From Octopus sinensis (lineage: Eukaryota): a DNA stretch of 64,000 bases. The DNA lies in the NCBI RefSeq assembly GCF_006345805.1, contig NC_043016.1, forward strand, positions 8,184,001 to 8,248,000, given 5' to 3'. Shown piece after piece: positions 24,028-36,872 of this stretch; the stretch's first letter is position 1; each line of letters starts with the position of its first letter. The translations under genes were made by a program, and so were the position numbers. The notes under the pieces are model-generated. The model was given only the letters and a program-made list of their open reading frames with translations, was not told the origin of the DNA and made no database searches.

Positions 24028-25087
24028 TTTATTATTATTATTAAGAAGGCAATGAGCTGGTAGAATCATTAGCATGCTGGATGAAATGCTTGACAACTGA
24101 TGCTGGTGTGTTTACGTCCCCGTAACTTAGCAGTTCGGCAAAAAGAGACTGATAGAATAAGTACTAGGCTTATAAAAAAGAATAAGTCCTGGGGGTCGAT
24201 TTCCTTGACTAAAGGCGGTGCTCCAGCATGGCCGCAATCAAATGACTGAAACAAGTAAAAGAGTAAAAGAAATGGGGGGGGGAGGCTGTTCCAGACAAGG
24301 TTATTTTATATTCCTTTAAATGTTTGTTCATCATTTTGTAATGATTGGGTCTGTTGTTGAATTGTTTCAAAGTCAACACTTTAAATTTTTTTTTTTTTTT
24401 TTTTTTTTATGGGCAGAACACTTTAGGTTGACTCCCCGCCACTTCTACCTCCATCTCTCCATCTCTTTCTGTCTTTCTTTCTTTCTTTCTTTTCTCTCTC
24501 TCTCTCTCTCTCTGACTGTTCCCTTGACAGAGGTGGGGTACAGGAGGTGACAGAGGACAAGACAGGCTTGGAAAGGAGGGAAGAAAGGACACTACTTGTG
24601 GTGACAGTGTTACTTCTGGTGCTGGTGGGTGGGTGGGTGGGGCAGGTGGGTGCTGGTGGGTGGTGTGGGTGGGGTTGGGTGTGGATGGTTGGAGCTGGCA
24701 GGACTGGATGTTAAAAGTTAGTTAGACTTGGTAACAGCTGGAATTTCTGAATTGTGTTAACAGAGGAAAACTAAGAAGAAAAAAAAAAAGAAAGCACAGA
24801 ACAAAACAAAACAAAACAAAAAAACACACATGCATACTATAAAAACAAAAGAGATGACAGGTGATATGAAATGTCTGGAGGTTTATTGATGATGATGATG
24901 ATGGTGATGGTGGTGGTGGTTGTGACTGCTGTTGCTGCTGCTGTTGTTAGCCCAGGTCAGTTCTGAGCCATGGAAATCTATGATCAAACAGTGGGGTGGT
25001 TGTTGTTGCTTTTTAACCTCAAGCTAGTCTTGATCTCAAGCCAACCCTGCACTCAAAAGCATTCCTGTTATGACCACATCGTCTTTC

Positions 25088-25118
<31 letters not shown>

Positions 25119-25171
25119 TTTCTTTTCTAAATAAGTACATGTGTGTGAAACAGCCCCCTACATCACTCTAG

Positions 25172-25510
25172 TGCATGGCTCTGTAGTTAGAGCATCGGGC
25201 TCACAATCATGAGGTAGTGAGTTCGATTCCGAGCCTGGGTAGTGTTGTTTTGTTCTTGAGCAAGACACTTTATTTCATGTTGCTCCAGTCCACTCATCTG
25301 TAGAAATGAGTTGTGACACCACTGGTGCCAAGCTGTATCGGCCCCTTTGCTTTTCCCTTAGATAACATCAGTGATGTGGAGAGGGAGGCTGGTATACATG
25401 GATGACTGTTGGTCTTCAGTAAAACAACCTTGCCTGGACTTGTGCCTCGGACAGGAACTTTCTAGCTGCAATCCTATGGTCATTCATGACCAAAAGGGGG
25501 TCTTTACCTT
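25172..25510 (+). mobile_element. tRNA-derived SINE family D
   Basis: Colinear with 23684-24027. Confidence 0.85.
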
Positions 25511-25540
25511 TTTTCCCTTTCTAAGGTCAGTAGAGTGAAT

Positions 25541-25745
25541 AAACCCTTTAGCATTTAGATTATTCTATCAAATGAAATGTTTATTTATTTCATTATCTTG
25601 TATTTTTGAGATTTTGATGTTATAACTGTTTATTTTTAAAATGACATTGTAGGGTAGGTGTGAGAGGCAAGATCTGGCCTGTTTGAACCTAAAGCAGGTA
25701 GAATATTTTGGCCGGATATGGCCGGTTTAAATGCTAAAAGGTTAA
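25541..25745. mobile_element. piggyBac-like MITE family G
   Basis: CCCTTTAGCATTT...AAATGCTAAAAGGTTAA termini. Confidence 0.75.
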
Positions 25746-25793
25746 AGGAGATATTTGGCTGCTATTTCCACCAGGCTCAGCAACCATACAGAG

Positions 25794-25978
25794 CAGTGAT
25801 TCTCAACCATTTTTTTGCTTCTGGAACCCCTTTGATTCATATTTTACTCAAGGAGGGAGTTCTCCTAGCTATTCAACATCTAAAATCTCATGTTATTATT
25901 TTTACAATTAAATATTATTAGGAATTGTATTTAAAAATGTTTAAATATGTTATGTATTGTACAAATATAACCAATTTA

Positions 25979-26010
<32 letters not shown>

Positions 26011-26477
26011 TTAACGTCCGCTTTCCATGCTGGCATGGGTTGGACGATTTGACTGAGGTCTGGCGAACCAGACTCCAAATCTGATCTGGCAGAGTTTCTA
26101 CAGCTGGACGCCCTTCCTAAACACTAACCACTCCGAGAGTGTAGTGGGTGCTTTTTACATGCCACTGGCACGAGGGCCAGTTTAGTGCTGCTGGTAATGG
26201 CCACGCCCAGATGGTGCTTTTTACGTGCCACCTGCACAGGAGCCAGTCCAGTGGCACTGGCGACGACCTCGCTTGAATGTTTCACGTGCTACCAGCACAA
26301 GTGCTAGTAAGGCGACGCGGTAACAATCAAGCTTGAATGGTGTGCTTAACGTGCCATCAGCACGAAGGCCAGCTTGTTGCTCGTATGGTACTCTCTGGTA
26401 CACTTGCGCATAAATTTTAGTAATGAAATTTTATATGGACCTTCAAGGGCCACATACACCCTGGTTGAGAACCACTG
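25794..26477. mobile_element. hAT-type MITE with nested family E repeat (25981-26400)
   Basis: TIRs CAGTGATTCTCAACC / GGTTGAGAACCACTG. Imperfect 8-bp TSD ATACAGAG / ATATATAG. Confidence 0.75.
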
Positions 26478-26486
26478 ATATATAGG

Positions 26487-27238
26487 GGCCATGCTGGGGC
26501 ACTACCTTGAGGAGTTTTAGTTGAAAGAATTGACCCCAGTGCATTATTTTTTTATAAGCCTGGTACTTATTCTCTCAGTCCCTTTTGCCAACCACTTAGT
26601 TATAAGGGACATAAACATACCAACACTGGTTGTCTGGCAGTGATGGGTGGCAAACATGGGCACAAAGCGACAAACATACACACACACACACAATGGGCTT
26701 CTTTTAGTTATTGTCTACCAAATCCACTCTCAAGGCCTTGGTTAGCCCAAGTGTATAGTAGAAGGCACTTGCTCAAGGTATCATGCAGTGGGATTGAACC
26801 TTGAGCCATGTAATTTGGTGAACTAAATTATGACCAAAAGTATAAGTAGCTTGCTTACCAACCACATGGTTCTGGGTTCAGTCCCACTGCGTGGCACCTT
26901 GGGCCAGTGTCTTCTTTTATAGCCTCAGGCTAACCAAAGCCTTGTGAGTGGATTTGGTAGACGGAAACTGAAAGAAGCCCATCGTATATATGTGTAGATA
27001 TATATATATATATTTATGTGAGTGTATATGTTTGTGTGTCCGTGTTTGTCCCCCCAACATGGCTTGACAACCAATGCTGGTGTGTTTACATCCCTGTAAC
27101 TTAGCGGTTCGGCAAAAGAGACCGATAGAATAAGTACTAGGCTTACAGAGAATAAATCCTGGGGTCAATTTGCTCGACTAAAGGTGGGTGCCCCAGCATG
27201 GCCACAGTCAAATGACTGAAACAAGTAAAAGAGTAAAT
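26487..27238. mobile_element. Head-to-head pair of SINE A copies
   Basis: Minus copy at about 26487-26815 and plus copy at about 26845-27238. Confidence 0.82.
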
Positions 27239-28561
27239 ACTTCTACCCCACCTTCTACCCAAACATGGTGCATTTAGATACACCATGTTTGGGTAATAGT
27301 CTTAGGACTATATTGAGGTTGTGTTAGAATATTTCATTTCTTTTATCTGGACAGTGCGTCTGTGACCACATTATCCCATTTCTTGTTTTTAAGGTAGTAA
27401 AGAGAAAATTAAAGAAAATTTAACTGTTATTATTAGCGTCTCAGATTACTTTGTTGAGAGTCCACTTTGGCTTTGATATTGGATGGTGGTGGTGTCTTTT
27501 TTTTGTTTCAATTAATTTTAGAAATAGTAATAAAAATTTGGATAGCTTTAGACTAAAATAATAAACTTTGATCATTTTCTGTTGTGTCTGGCAAGAATCA
27601 TTTTCTTTTTTGTGCCTTATTATGTAACACACTCACCAGTAAAATTTCCACTTTTTTCTTATTTTTATTGTCCTAAAATTTTCGTTGCGTCTTGATCATT
27701 TGTAATAATTAAATTAATGTTTAGGATATAACTTAATAGAAAGGATCTTAAATTAGGATGAAAAAGTTTTATTTAAATATTGACCAGAACTAATCCAAGG
27801 CTGTTTTGATCTTAGGTCTGTTTAACCAAAGATGACCTGGAGCTATTTCGGTTATAGATCTGATTGACCAGAGCTGATCTGGGGTTATTTTGTTCACAGA
27901 TCTGATTGACCAGTGCTGATATGAGGTTAAGCAGCAATTGAGCTATGACATAATAAACAAAGGTTATATAGAAGTACTATCGGTGTAAATATTATTTCTG
28001 AAGTAAACCCAGTGTGTAGCTACAATACACAAAATATCTTAACAATTTTTCATACAGTTCCTAATAAATATTTAATTATAAATATACAATAAAGTTTCTT
28101 TTAAATATATAACAGCTGTGAAGAATCAAACCGGACCATAGACAAAAAAATGATTGATAACCACTGGTGTAGAATATGAACGTCTCAAAGAGAAGGAAAT
28201 TGAAGCGAATTAACTCTTTTGTTGCTGTATTTCGGTTGAAGTAGATTGCTGTTGTTTCAGTTAATTCTTAAAATAATGAAGAATTTGGTAAAATTACTTT
28301 GTTATTATTGTGTCTATGGAAAGTCATTATGTCAGTAAAAATTAAAATGACACACACACTGGTTCAATACCAGTTCTTTATTTTACCAAACTAACTGTCA
28401 AATGGTTTGGCGTTTGGAACATAAATCAACATGAAATTTGATAGTAAGGTTTAATTCTGATTACTTTAAAATAAGAAGTGTGTGTATATCATAAAACCAG
28501 AAATGAGTCTCTGGCAAGGTTGGTATCGAAAGGAATAAGTGTTTTATATCAGTAACAAGTA

Positions 28562-28790
28562 AGGTGGCATGCTGGCAGAATCATTAGCACGTCAGGCGAA
28601 ATGCATAGCCATATTTCTTCTGTCACTACATTCCAAGTTCAAATTCCGCCGAGGTCGACTTTGCCTTTCATCCTTTCGGGGTCGATAAAATTAAGTACCA
28701 GTTACACACTGGGGTCGATGTAATCAACTTAATCCCTTTGACTGTCTTTGTTTGTCCCCTCTGTGTTTAGCCCCTTGTGGGTAGTAAACA
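28562..28790 (+). mobile_element. SINE family B
   Basis: TSD TATATCAGTAACAA on both sides. Confidence 0.88.
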
Positions 28791-29381
28791 AATATATATC
28801 AGTAACAATTTTCTTCCTTAGAAAAACAGATGTTTTTCAATGTGATCGCTCTGCTTGCTTGAAACTAGAGCAGCCAAATTTCCCTCAAAACTACACTCTA
28901 TCATCATCATCATCATCATCATCATTTTAATATCTTCTTTTCCGTGCTTGCATGGCATCAGTCAAGAAAGAGTACGTTAACTTACAACAATTTGAAGGTC
29001 ACATAATGATTCTGTGGTCATGATTGGAATATTCTTAATCACAGAGTTCAGGGTTACTCAGTACTAAATAGCAACTGCTACATGGTATTTATTCTACTTG
29101 TTTTATGTTCAAACTGGCCAGACCCAACCTCTCACACCTTCCCTAAAATATCATACTGAAAATTAACACTTACTTCATCAAAATCTTGAGGCTACAAGAT
29201 AATGCAAGATTGATTCAAAACGGTGTGAATAAATAAGAATTACATTTGGCAGAGCAATCTGAATTCTAAGGAACTAATTCATTACCAAGTTAAACTTCTC
29301 TACTTTGATCCTTGGTTGCTAACTTTAACAGTGTCCACTCTGTTGAAAACATTCACATCTAGTTTCCAATATGTGTATACC

Positions 29382-29612
29382 TATTTCTTTACTACCCACA
29401 AGGGGCTAAATACAGAGTGGACAAACAAGGACAGATAGACGAATTAAGTCGATTATATCAACCCCAGTGCGTAACTGGTACTTATTTAATCGACTCTGAA
29501 AGGATGAAAGGCAAAGTCAACCTCGGCGGAATTTGAACTCAGAATGTAACAGCAGATGAAATACGGCTACGCATTTTGCCCGGCGTGCTAACACTTCTGC
29601 CAGCTCACCGGC
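29382..29612 (-). mobile_element. SINE family B
   Basis: TSD CAATATGTGTATACC / CAATATGTGGATACC. Confidence 0.88.
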
Positions 29613-29957
29613 TTCAATATGTGGATACCATTCTCCCTCATGCCACCATTCTTGCAGGAGGCCCTGGAAAGGTTCATGGTCGGAAATATAGTTTTTTTTT
29701 TTCTCTCCACCTGACTTTGTAATTAAAAAACAGTTCCTTGGTATAAAGCTTTGCTCCTTGACAATTATTTTTAAATGTCTGCCGATATAATTATAACAGT
29801 GCAATCATTTGTGTCTGAAATGGGTTGTTCCTGGTAGCATTGCCAGTACATAACTGGTATAAGTGTAGTACAGTATTACAGGGTTGGAAATATGGTGAAT
29901 GACACAAAAATTCTTGAAGCATCCTAGATTTTTTCCTTTTTTTTTTTAATAACTATA

Positions 29958-30347
29958 ATAGGTGTAGGAGTGGCTGTGTGGTAAGTAGCTTGCTTACCAA
30001 CCACATGGTTCTGGGTCAGTCCCATTGCGTGGCACCTTGGACAAGTGTTTTCTACTATAGCCTCGGGCTGACTAAAGCCTTGTAAGTGGATTTGGTAGAC
30101 GGAAACTGAAAGAAGCTCATCGTATATATATGTTATATGTATGTGTATGTATATGTTTGTCAGTCTGCGTATGTCCCCCAACATGGTTTGACAACCGATG
30201 CTGGTGTATTTATGTCCCCGTAACTTAGCAGTTCGGCAAAAGAGACCGATAGAAATAAGTACTAGGCTTACAAAGAATAAGTCCTGGGGTTGATTTGCCA
30301 GCATGGCCACAGTCAAATGACTGAAACAAACAAAAGAGTAAAAGAGA
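29958..30347 (+). mobile_element. SINE family A
   Basis: Near full-length copy. Confidence 0.88.
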
Positions 30348-30788
30348 AAGTAAATTTGCTTGAAAACAGCTATTATGATTTGAGCCCTACTAACTAGATT
30401 ATTATTTGTGGTGATGGGGGTTTTGTTTTCAGGGTGGGGGTGGTTATTTTTCTTGTTTTCCTTTCTTTTTCCTTTTTTTTTTAAGCATCAGACATATATA
30501 ATTAAGTAAAAATAAAAAAAATGAAAAATGAAAAAGAATGACAAATACACACACACACACATGCTTCTCCTCCCCCCCCCCCCCCCAAAAAAAAGGACCC
30601 CCAAGACTAAATTATTTATGGGAATCTGGTGGTGTCATATCATTTTTTTGTTACATTATTGGACGGACAACGAGGCTGTGTGAGGGAGAAGCACCAGTAT
30701 GGTAACTGACTATGTATAATGTTGTGCAGATGGAATTATGGGGAGAGAAGGGAAGAGGAGGATGAGGAATGGCATGGATACACACTCG

Positions 30789-30888
30789 NNNNNNNNNNNN
30801 NNNNNNNNNNNNNNNNNNNNNNNNNNNNNNNNNNNNNNNNNNNNNNNNNNNNNNNNNNNNNNNNNNNNNNNNNNNNNNNNNNNNNNNN
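30789..30888. other. Assembly gap (100 N)
   Basis: Run of exactly 100 N, a typical placeholder for a scaffold join of unknown size. A SINE A tail starts abruptly on its right. Confidence 0.98.
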
Positions 30889-31315
30889 GTGCAGTAAAAG
30901 GTGCCCGATAGAATAAGTACTAGGCTTACAATGAATAAGTCCTGGGGTCGAGTTGCTCGACTAAAGGCGGTGCTCCAGCATGGCCACAGTCACATGACTG
31001 AAACAAGTAAAAGAGTAAAAAGAGCAAAGAGTATAGGAAGACACTTGACTAGTTTCACATTAGGTTTTCAAAAGTGTATATATGTGGAGCTGAGTCACTA
31101 ATTATGTGTTTAGTGTGTACAAATAGATTCCCGACTGCCACTATTAAGTTTAGATCTTCTCATAGAATATCAACGTCTAGTCTACTTCCAGCATAGCGGA
31201 AGAGTACCCCCTCCCTAATACTTATAACATGCCTCACCATCTACTCAACTCTAGAGTTTAGTTCTCTGTAATGAAATGTACTAAAGTGTTCCCCTAATGG
31301 TCCATTGTGATTAAA

Positions 31316-31624
31316 GTGGAGGCACATGGCCTGGTGGTTAGAGCAGCGGACTCGCGGTCGAGGGATCGCGGGTTTGAATCTCAGACCGGGCGATGTGTAT
31401 GTTTTTGAGCGAAACACCTAAGCTCCACGCAGCTCCGGCAGAAGGTAATGGCGAAACTTCTGCTGACTCTTTTGTCACAACTTTCTCTCACTCTTTCCTC
31501 CTGCATCTTGCAGCTCATCTGCGACGGACTGGTGTCCCGTCCAGGTGGGGAACCTATACGCCAAGAAACTGGGAAACCGGCCCTTATGAGTCAGGCATGG
31601 CTCAAGAAGGAACAAAAGAAGAAG
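31316..31624 (+). mobile_element. tRNA-derived SINE, C head with a third tail type ending (AAG)n
   Basis: TSD ATTGTGATTAAA at 31304-31315 and 31625-31636. Confidence 0.88.
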
Positions 31625-31779
31625 ATTGTGATTAAACATCCATTTGTACATGAAATCCAATGCAGAGTTCCCAGACAGCCACAGTGGTGAAACATTTAGG
31701 AACTAGTAATATACCATGGTGTCTATCGTAATTTCTGCTATATATATATATGTATGTGTGTGTGTGTCCCTCCCCTACT

Positions 31780-32086
31780 CACCGTGGTAGGGACGCTGGC
31801 AACGGGTAGTGTCAGAGCTATTGGTCTGACACCGAGTGGTATTAGGGCCACAACCCGGCAGATGGGGCTCTGGTGAAAATCCTCGGAGTGTCTGTTTCGG
31901 CAGCCGGCGGCTCCTCGGTCCTTCTGTCCCTGCGTCTGCGGACAATCTGCGGCAAACAGGATGTCTCTACATGCGGGATTGTTGGGGACCGCTTGTGAAA
32001 GCCACACATTCCCACGAAACTTCTTCCATGCTAGAAGAAGTCGACTCAACCTGCCCAGGGCGAATGTCGCCACAAGTACAAGTAAG
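31780..32086 (+). mobile_element. GC-rich fragment, probable 3' end of an RTE-like LINE
   Basis: CpG-rich island between TG microsatellites, ending CCACAAGTACAAGTAAG, a short-repeat tail typical of RTE ends. Protein similarity is weak. Confidence 0.4.
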
Positions 32087-32689
32087 TGTGTGTGTGTGTT
32101 TGGCGGGGTTAAGTATGTGTGTGTTTGTTTGTATGTAAGTATGTGTACATATCTCTATGTGTGTGCTTGTGTGACCAAGTTCATATTTCCCTTGCATTCA
32201 CAGATTTGTAAACAGACTTCTTTGTTGGTGTCATTGTCATGCAGTCTACCACAAAAGGATTACTGTAGGCATCTGGAAATGTCCTGACATGCAGTGCAGT
32301 CTGTTTAAACAAAAATGACTTGTTAGTTGGTATCATTATTTTCCAGTTCCCCACATAAAACATGTCTGGGCTTGTTAGCTGTTCAACAGACTGGGATGAT
32401 GATTATTCCACTTGGGATCAAGTCAGCTTTGGTGACAGCTGGAGCAATCCAACCATAGAAAAACTCTGCTTCAATGTAGTTATCTAACCCATGCAAGCAT
32501 GAAAAAGTAGATGTTAAAGAAACACTCTCCCTGTTTTGTTCTCTCCTTGTTTTTTCTGTGTCCCTTTCTGTAGAAGAGCGTAGGCTCGAAACGTAAAAGA
32601 CTTTTTCTATTCCTGAGCATTATACTAATACATCTGTTTGTTTTGTACACCACCTGTCTTCGTCTTTTGTTTTTTTCGTAAACTCTCCC

Positions 32690-33087
32690 AGGAGTGGCTG
32701 TGTGGTAAGTAGCTTGTTTACCAACCACAAGGTTCCGGGTTCAGTCCCACTGCATGGCAGCTTGGGCAAGTGTCTTCTACTATAGCCTCAGGCCGACCAA
32801 AGCCTTGTGAGTGGATTTGGTAGACGGAAACAGAAAGAAGCCCGTCGTATATATATATATATATATGTGCGTGTGTGTGTTTGTGTGTCTGTGTTTGTCT
32901 CCCTAGCATTGCTTGACAACCGATGCTGGTGTGTTTATGTCCCCGTTACTTAGCAGTTCGGCAAAAGAGACCGATAGAATAAGTACTGGGCTTACAAAAG
33001 AATAAGTCCCGGGGTCGAGTTGCTCGATTAAAGGCGGTGCTCCAGCATGGCCGCAGTCAAATGACTGAAACAAGTAAAAGAGTAAAA
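32690..33087 (+). mobile_element. SINE family A
   Basis: Near-consensus copy. Confidence 0.9.
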
Positions 33088-33100
33088 TAGTATATATATA

Positions 33101-33533
33101 TATGGGGGGGGGGTCATTGATGAACTTGTTGATATGACTGGTATGTCCTGGAGCCCCTCCCAATGAATTTTGTGTGAGGAATTGCAAACGAAAAATGCTG
33201 CAGTAAAATTTGTGCCTCACTTCCTCATGGAAGATCAGAAGCAGTCGTGACTGAATGTGTGTCATGAACTGAAAGAAGAATTGGAAGTTGATCTGAACTG
33301 TTTTTTTTCAAAGTTCATCAGCAGTAATAAAACCTGATGGTATGGAATTTGCAGATGTGGATGAGGTGAAGAAAAAAATGACAGAGGTGCTTTGAATAGT
33401 GCAAAACGTGTCTGGACCAGTACATTTCTTTAAATGGAGAACACTTTGAAGGTGATAAAAGGGTAAATATATAATACTAAATAAATAAAATAATATGGTA
33501 AAATTTAGGTTTCTTTTGGGTACCCCCTTCGTA
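33101..33533 (+). pseudogene. Internally deleted mariner-type transposon (transposase pseudogene)
   Basis: Conceptual translation IDELVDMTGMSWSPSQ*ILCEELQTKNAAVKFVPHFLMEDQKQS*LNVCHELKEELEVD..FSKFISSNKT*WY, then FADVDEVKKK..LNGEHFEGDK, matching the mariner WVPHEL-like and C-terminal GxYFE motifs. The 3' TIR ends GGGTACCCCCTTCG|TA. Confidence 0.85.
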
Positions 33534-33583
33534 TACGTGTGTGTGTGTGTGTGTGTGTATTATGTTAAAATGTGAAGGACACT

Positions 33584-33971
33584 TGGAAGCACTCCGTCGG
33601 TTACGACGACGAGGGTTCCGGTTGATCCGAATCAACGGAACAGCCTGCTCGTTAAATTAACGTGTAAGTGGCTGAGCACTCCACAGACACGTGTACCCTT
33701 AACGTAGTTCTCGGGGATATTCAGCGTGACACAGAGAGTGACAAGGCCGGCCCTTTGAAATACAGGTACAACAGAAACAGGAAGTAAGAGTGAGAGAAAG
33801 TTGTGGTGAAAGAATACAGCAGGGATCACCACCATCCCCTGCCGGAGCCTCGTGGAGCTATTTTAGGTGTTTTTGCTCAATAAACACTCACAACGCCCGG
33901 TCTGGGAATCGAAACCGCGATCCTGCGACCGCGAGTCCGCTGTCCTAACCACTGGGCTATTGCGCCTCCAC
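33584..33971 (-). mobile_element. tRNA-derived SINE family C (C head + C tail)
   Basis: TSD TGAAGGACACT at 33573-33583 and 33972-33982. Confidence 0.92.
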
Positions 33972-34499
33972 TGAAGGACACTACAAACTGGTTAAACAGA
34001 ATGACATAAAAGTTTAAGTAATCCATTATCATAGAATGAAATGCATTGATGAAGGAGAATTCTCTATGGATTGGTAATCTGTAACTCCAATAGTGACAAG
34101 AAATTAAACAGAACTTTCAGTGTGAGGCATAAAACATAATAAAAACAGCTGAACTACATTTAGGTAGCTTAATGTATCCTAATACCTTTTAATACTGATA
34201 ACTGATCATATTTAAGTTACTTTTGCATACCTGTAGTTCTAATGACATATACGAATGATTGTAATTTTATACGGTTTGCAATTTAATAACTTTAATTAAT
34301 TTGCTTCTAACCTTAGGTGGTATCTTTATAGTATTTGCTTCATCCTCCATGGTTATGGCCTTTACAATTCTCTGTGATCCTTATAAATTCTTTTAACATT
34401 TTTGGCCTTTATAATACTCATAAATTCTTTTAACGTTTTCCTAATGCTCCCCCATAATTGTAAATTATTATTATCATTATTATTAATGATCTTACCTAA

Positions 34500-34903
34500 C
34501 TTACTCTTTTACTTGTTTCAGTCATTTGACTGTGGCCATGCTGTAGCACCACATTTAGTCAAGCAAATCGACCCCAGGACTTATTCTTTGTATGCCTAGT
34601 ACTTATTCTACCAGTCTCTATTGCCAAACTGCTAAGTTATATGGACGTAATTACACCAGCATCGGTTGTCAAGCAATATTGGGAGGACAAACACAGACAC
34701 AAACATATGCACAAACACATACATATAAATATATATACATATAATTATTATCATTCTTTCAGTTTCCATCTACCAAATCCACTGACAAGGCTTTGGTCAG
34801 CCTGAGGCTATAGTAGAAGGCACTTGCCCAAAGCACCACGAAGTGGGACTGAACCCTGAACCATGTGGTTGGTAAGCAAGCTACTTACCACACAGCCACT
34901 CCT
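34500..34903 (-). mobile_element. SINE family A
   Basis: Full copy. Confidence 0.88.
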
Positions 34904-34956
34904 AAACTACATAATTTTAATCCATGTGCTTCATTCTCAATAACAATGTGATAATA

Positions 34957-35470
34957 TCTATATATATAAAACTGTAGTTGTGTGAGTGTCTGTCTCCTAC
35001 GATTTAGATTCCTAACTCCTCCCACATTTTGTGGTGCAGTTTAACCAAATTCGGGTATCTTATAGTCGTGATTAATATCGAGCCCGTCTGGCTATTAGCA
35101 CGCGTCTACGATGAGTCTACGATTTTAAAAATAATTTAACATAATTTTTTATTCCATTTTAATGCATAATTTTTCGTGTGTCGATGGCGGCGGAGTTGGC
35201 GTCCATGCTCACATCTGCACCTGTGTTGCTTCTCCCCCTTCTTCCCTCCCTCGTGAAGCTGTGGGGAAGGGAGTGTAAGGAAATCAACGTCGTAAAGCGT
35301 TGTCAAGGAGACCAGCGTTCTTTTAGAACAACGACTTCATGGCTTGAAGACACCATAACAGAAATGGCTAAGAAAGCCCCAATTGGCATCTATAAGGGAA
35401 GTAACTCTCTAAAAATGCTTATATAGTTATTTCCCTTACAAACCCGAGCAACGCCGGGCGATACTGCTAG
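34957..35470 (+). mobile_element. Non-autonomous Helitron
   Basis: 5' TCTATATATATAAAA, subterminal hairpin CCCGAGCAACGCCGGG, 3' CTAG, inserted between A and T with no TSD. Related copy at 44137-44532. Confidence 0.9.
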
Positions 35471-36659
35471 TTGGCTAATAAAAAAAAGTTGGGATTCATG
35501 GTTTTTTTTCAGTTTCTTTTAATGTAACCGTCAATTCACTTATTCATTATTAACTTTCACCTTTTGACTCATAACTTCATAACAGCTATATAATTGATCT
35601 CTCTAAGTTTCAACATTTAACTAACATAAATTCACATTCTTTATATCTTTTATGTTGGTATTGGTTATTGCCTAAACTATTTCCATTAGCTTAATATACA
35701 CATTTGTTTATGCTAATGCTGTCTTCCTGCCAACAGTACAGTCCACTGTCTCTGTTAAGTTTATCCTATTCTATTTCTCTTTAAGTATTTTTAGGTTAAG
35801 ATTCTTCTTGACATTGTGATTATTGCTATCTCCATATATTATCTTTCCTCTCCTTTTTCCCTCCCTCCCTCCCCTCTGAAATTTTACACAGACCTTTGCT
35901 ATTCTCTGGGGGTTTTTTTTTTTTCTTTTTCCTTAAATTATTTTCTCTGAATAATAAAGTAACTGGATCTCTCTTAATTAATGTTAATATTCTATTAGTG
36001 CTATAATAATTAATTAATATTCTATTAGTGCTATAATAATTAATTAACAAGAATTAAGTAAATACATAAACAACACTTGGATTTGCTAACCATATCACTC
36101 CTAGATGGGTTTATTTCAGTTTTATTTTTAGAAGACATCAATTGGTTTCAAAAATGTTTTAATTGGGTCGAATGTCATGCTTTGGCACCTGCTATCTGCT
36201 GGTGTATAAGCCTGTTTTGATGTCACCAAGTTTATCAGCATCTTTAGATTAGATATGCCTTTTAACTATTCTACTTGATACACTTTTTCTGTTATCCACC
36301 CTCTTGATTAACTGGTTCTATAGTCTCACCCACTTTACATTTATTATATATGTGGGTAATTCTGATTAGAAATTCCACTCGTTTGTGACCTGTTGATGAA
36401 TCAACATGTCTCTGCTTGCTTGTATATTTGGTGAGCCTGATGAGTTGAGAGTTGCATAATGAATTATATAACCTTACGGTTGTTGTACATACTACATAAC
36501 TGCCTGCACCATGTTTATTTCACCATAAAGACTCTTTTATATATAAGTACCAGATAACCCAATTGAGTTTTTTTTAATTTCATATATATATATATATATA
36601 TAAATGGAAAAAAAAAGTCAAGATAGAAAATGCTAAAATAATTTTATAAAAAAACATTT

Positions 36660-36695
36660 CAGTACCGGTTTCAGTCATTGAGACTTTTTCAACTG
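36660..36695 (-). ncRNA. Putative minimal type I hammerhead ribozyme (U3-A8 variant) in a Penelope-like fragment
   Basis: Minus strand reads CAG-UUGAAAA-AGUC(UCAAU)GACU-GAAA-CCGG-UA-CUG, giving stem I, core, stem II, GAAA, palindromic stem III and a UH cleavage site. Confidence 0.55.
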
Positions 36696-36830
36696 TAACA
36701 ATTAAATAATTAAATTTAGAAAAATTAAAAGAAAAGTTTTTTTAAAAGAATATTTGTATAAGTGGCATTTTCCTTGTTTCTGCCTGTCTCTGTCTCTCTT
36801 GTTTACTCGTGTGGGTTTGAGGTCGTTGTG

Positions 36831-36872
<42 letters not shown>

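Noticed and set aside
30719-30916. ORF spanning the N run
   Set aside because: Artefact of the assembly gap.
36130-36560. Possible decayed CR1/L2 LINE fragment (also 11750-12290, 29630-29900)
   Set aside because: Only vague motif hints with many stops; it cannot be supported without a search.
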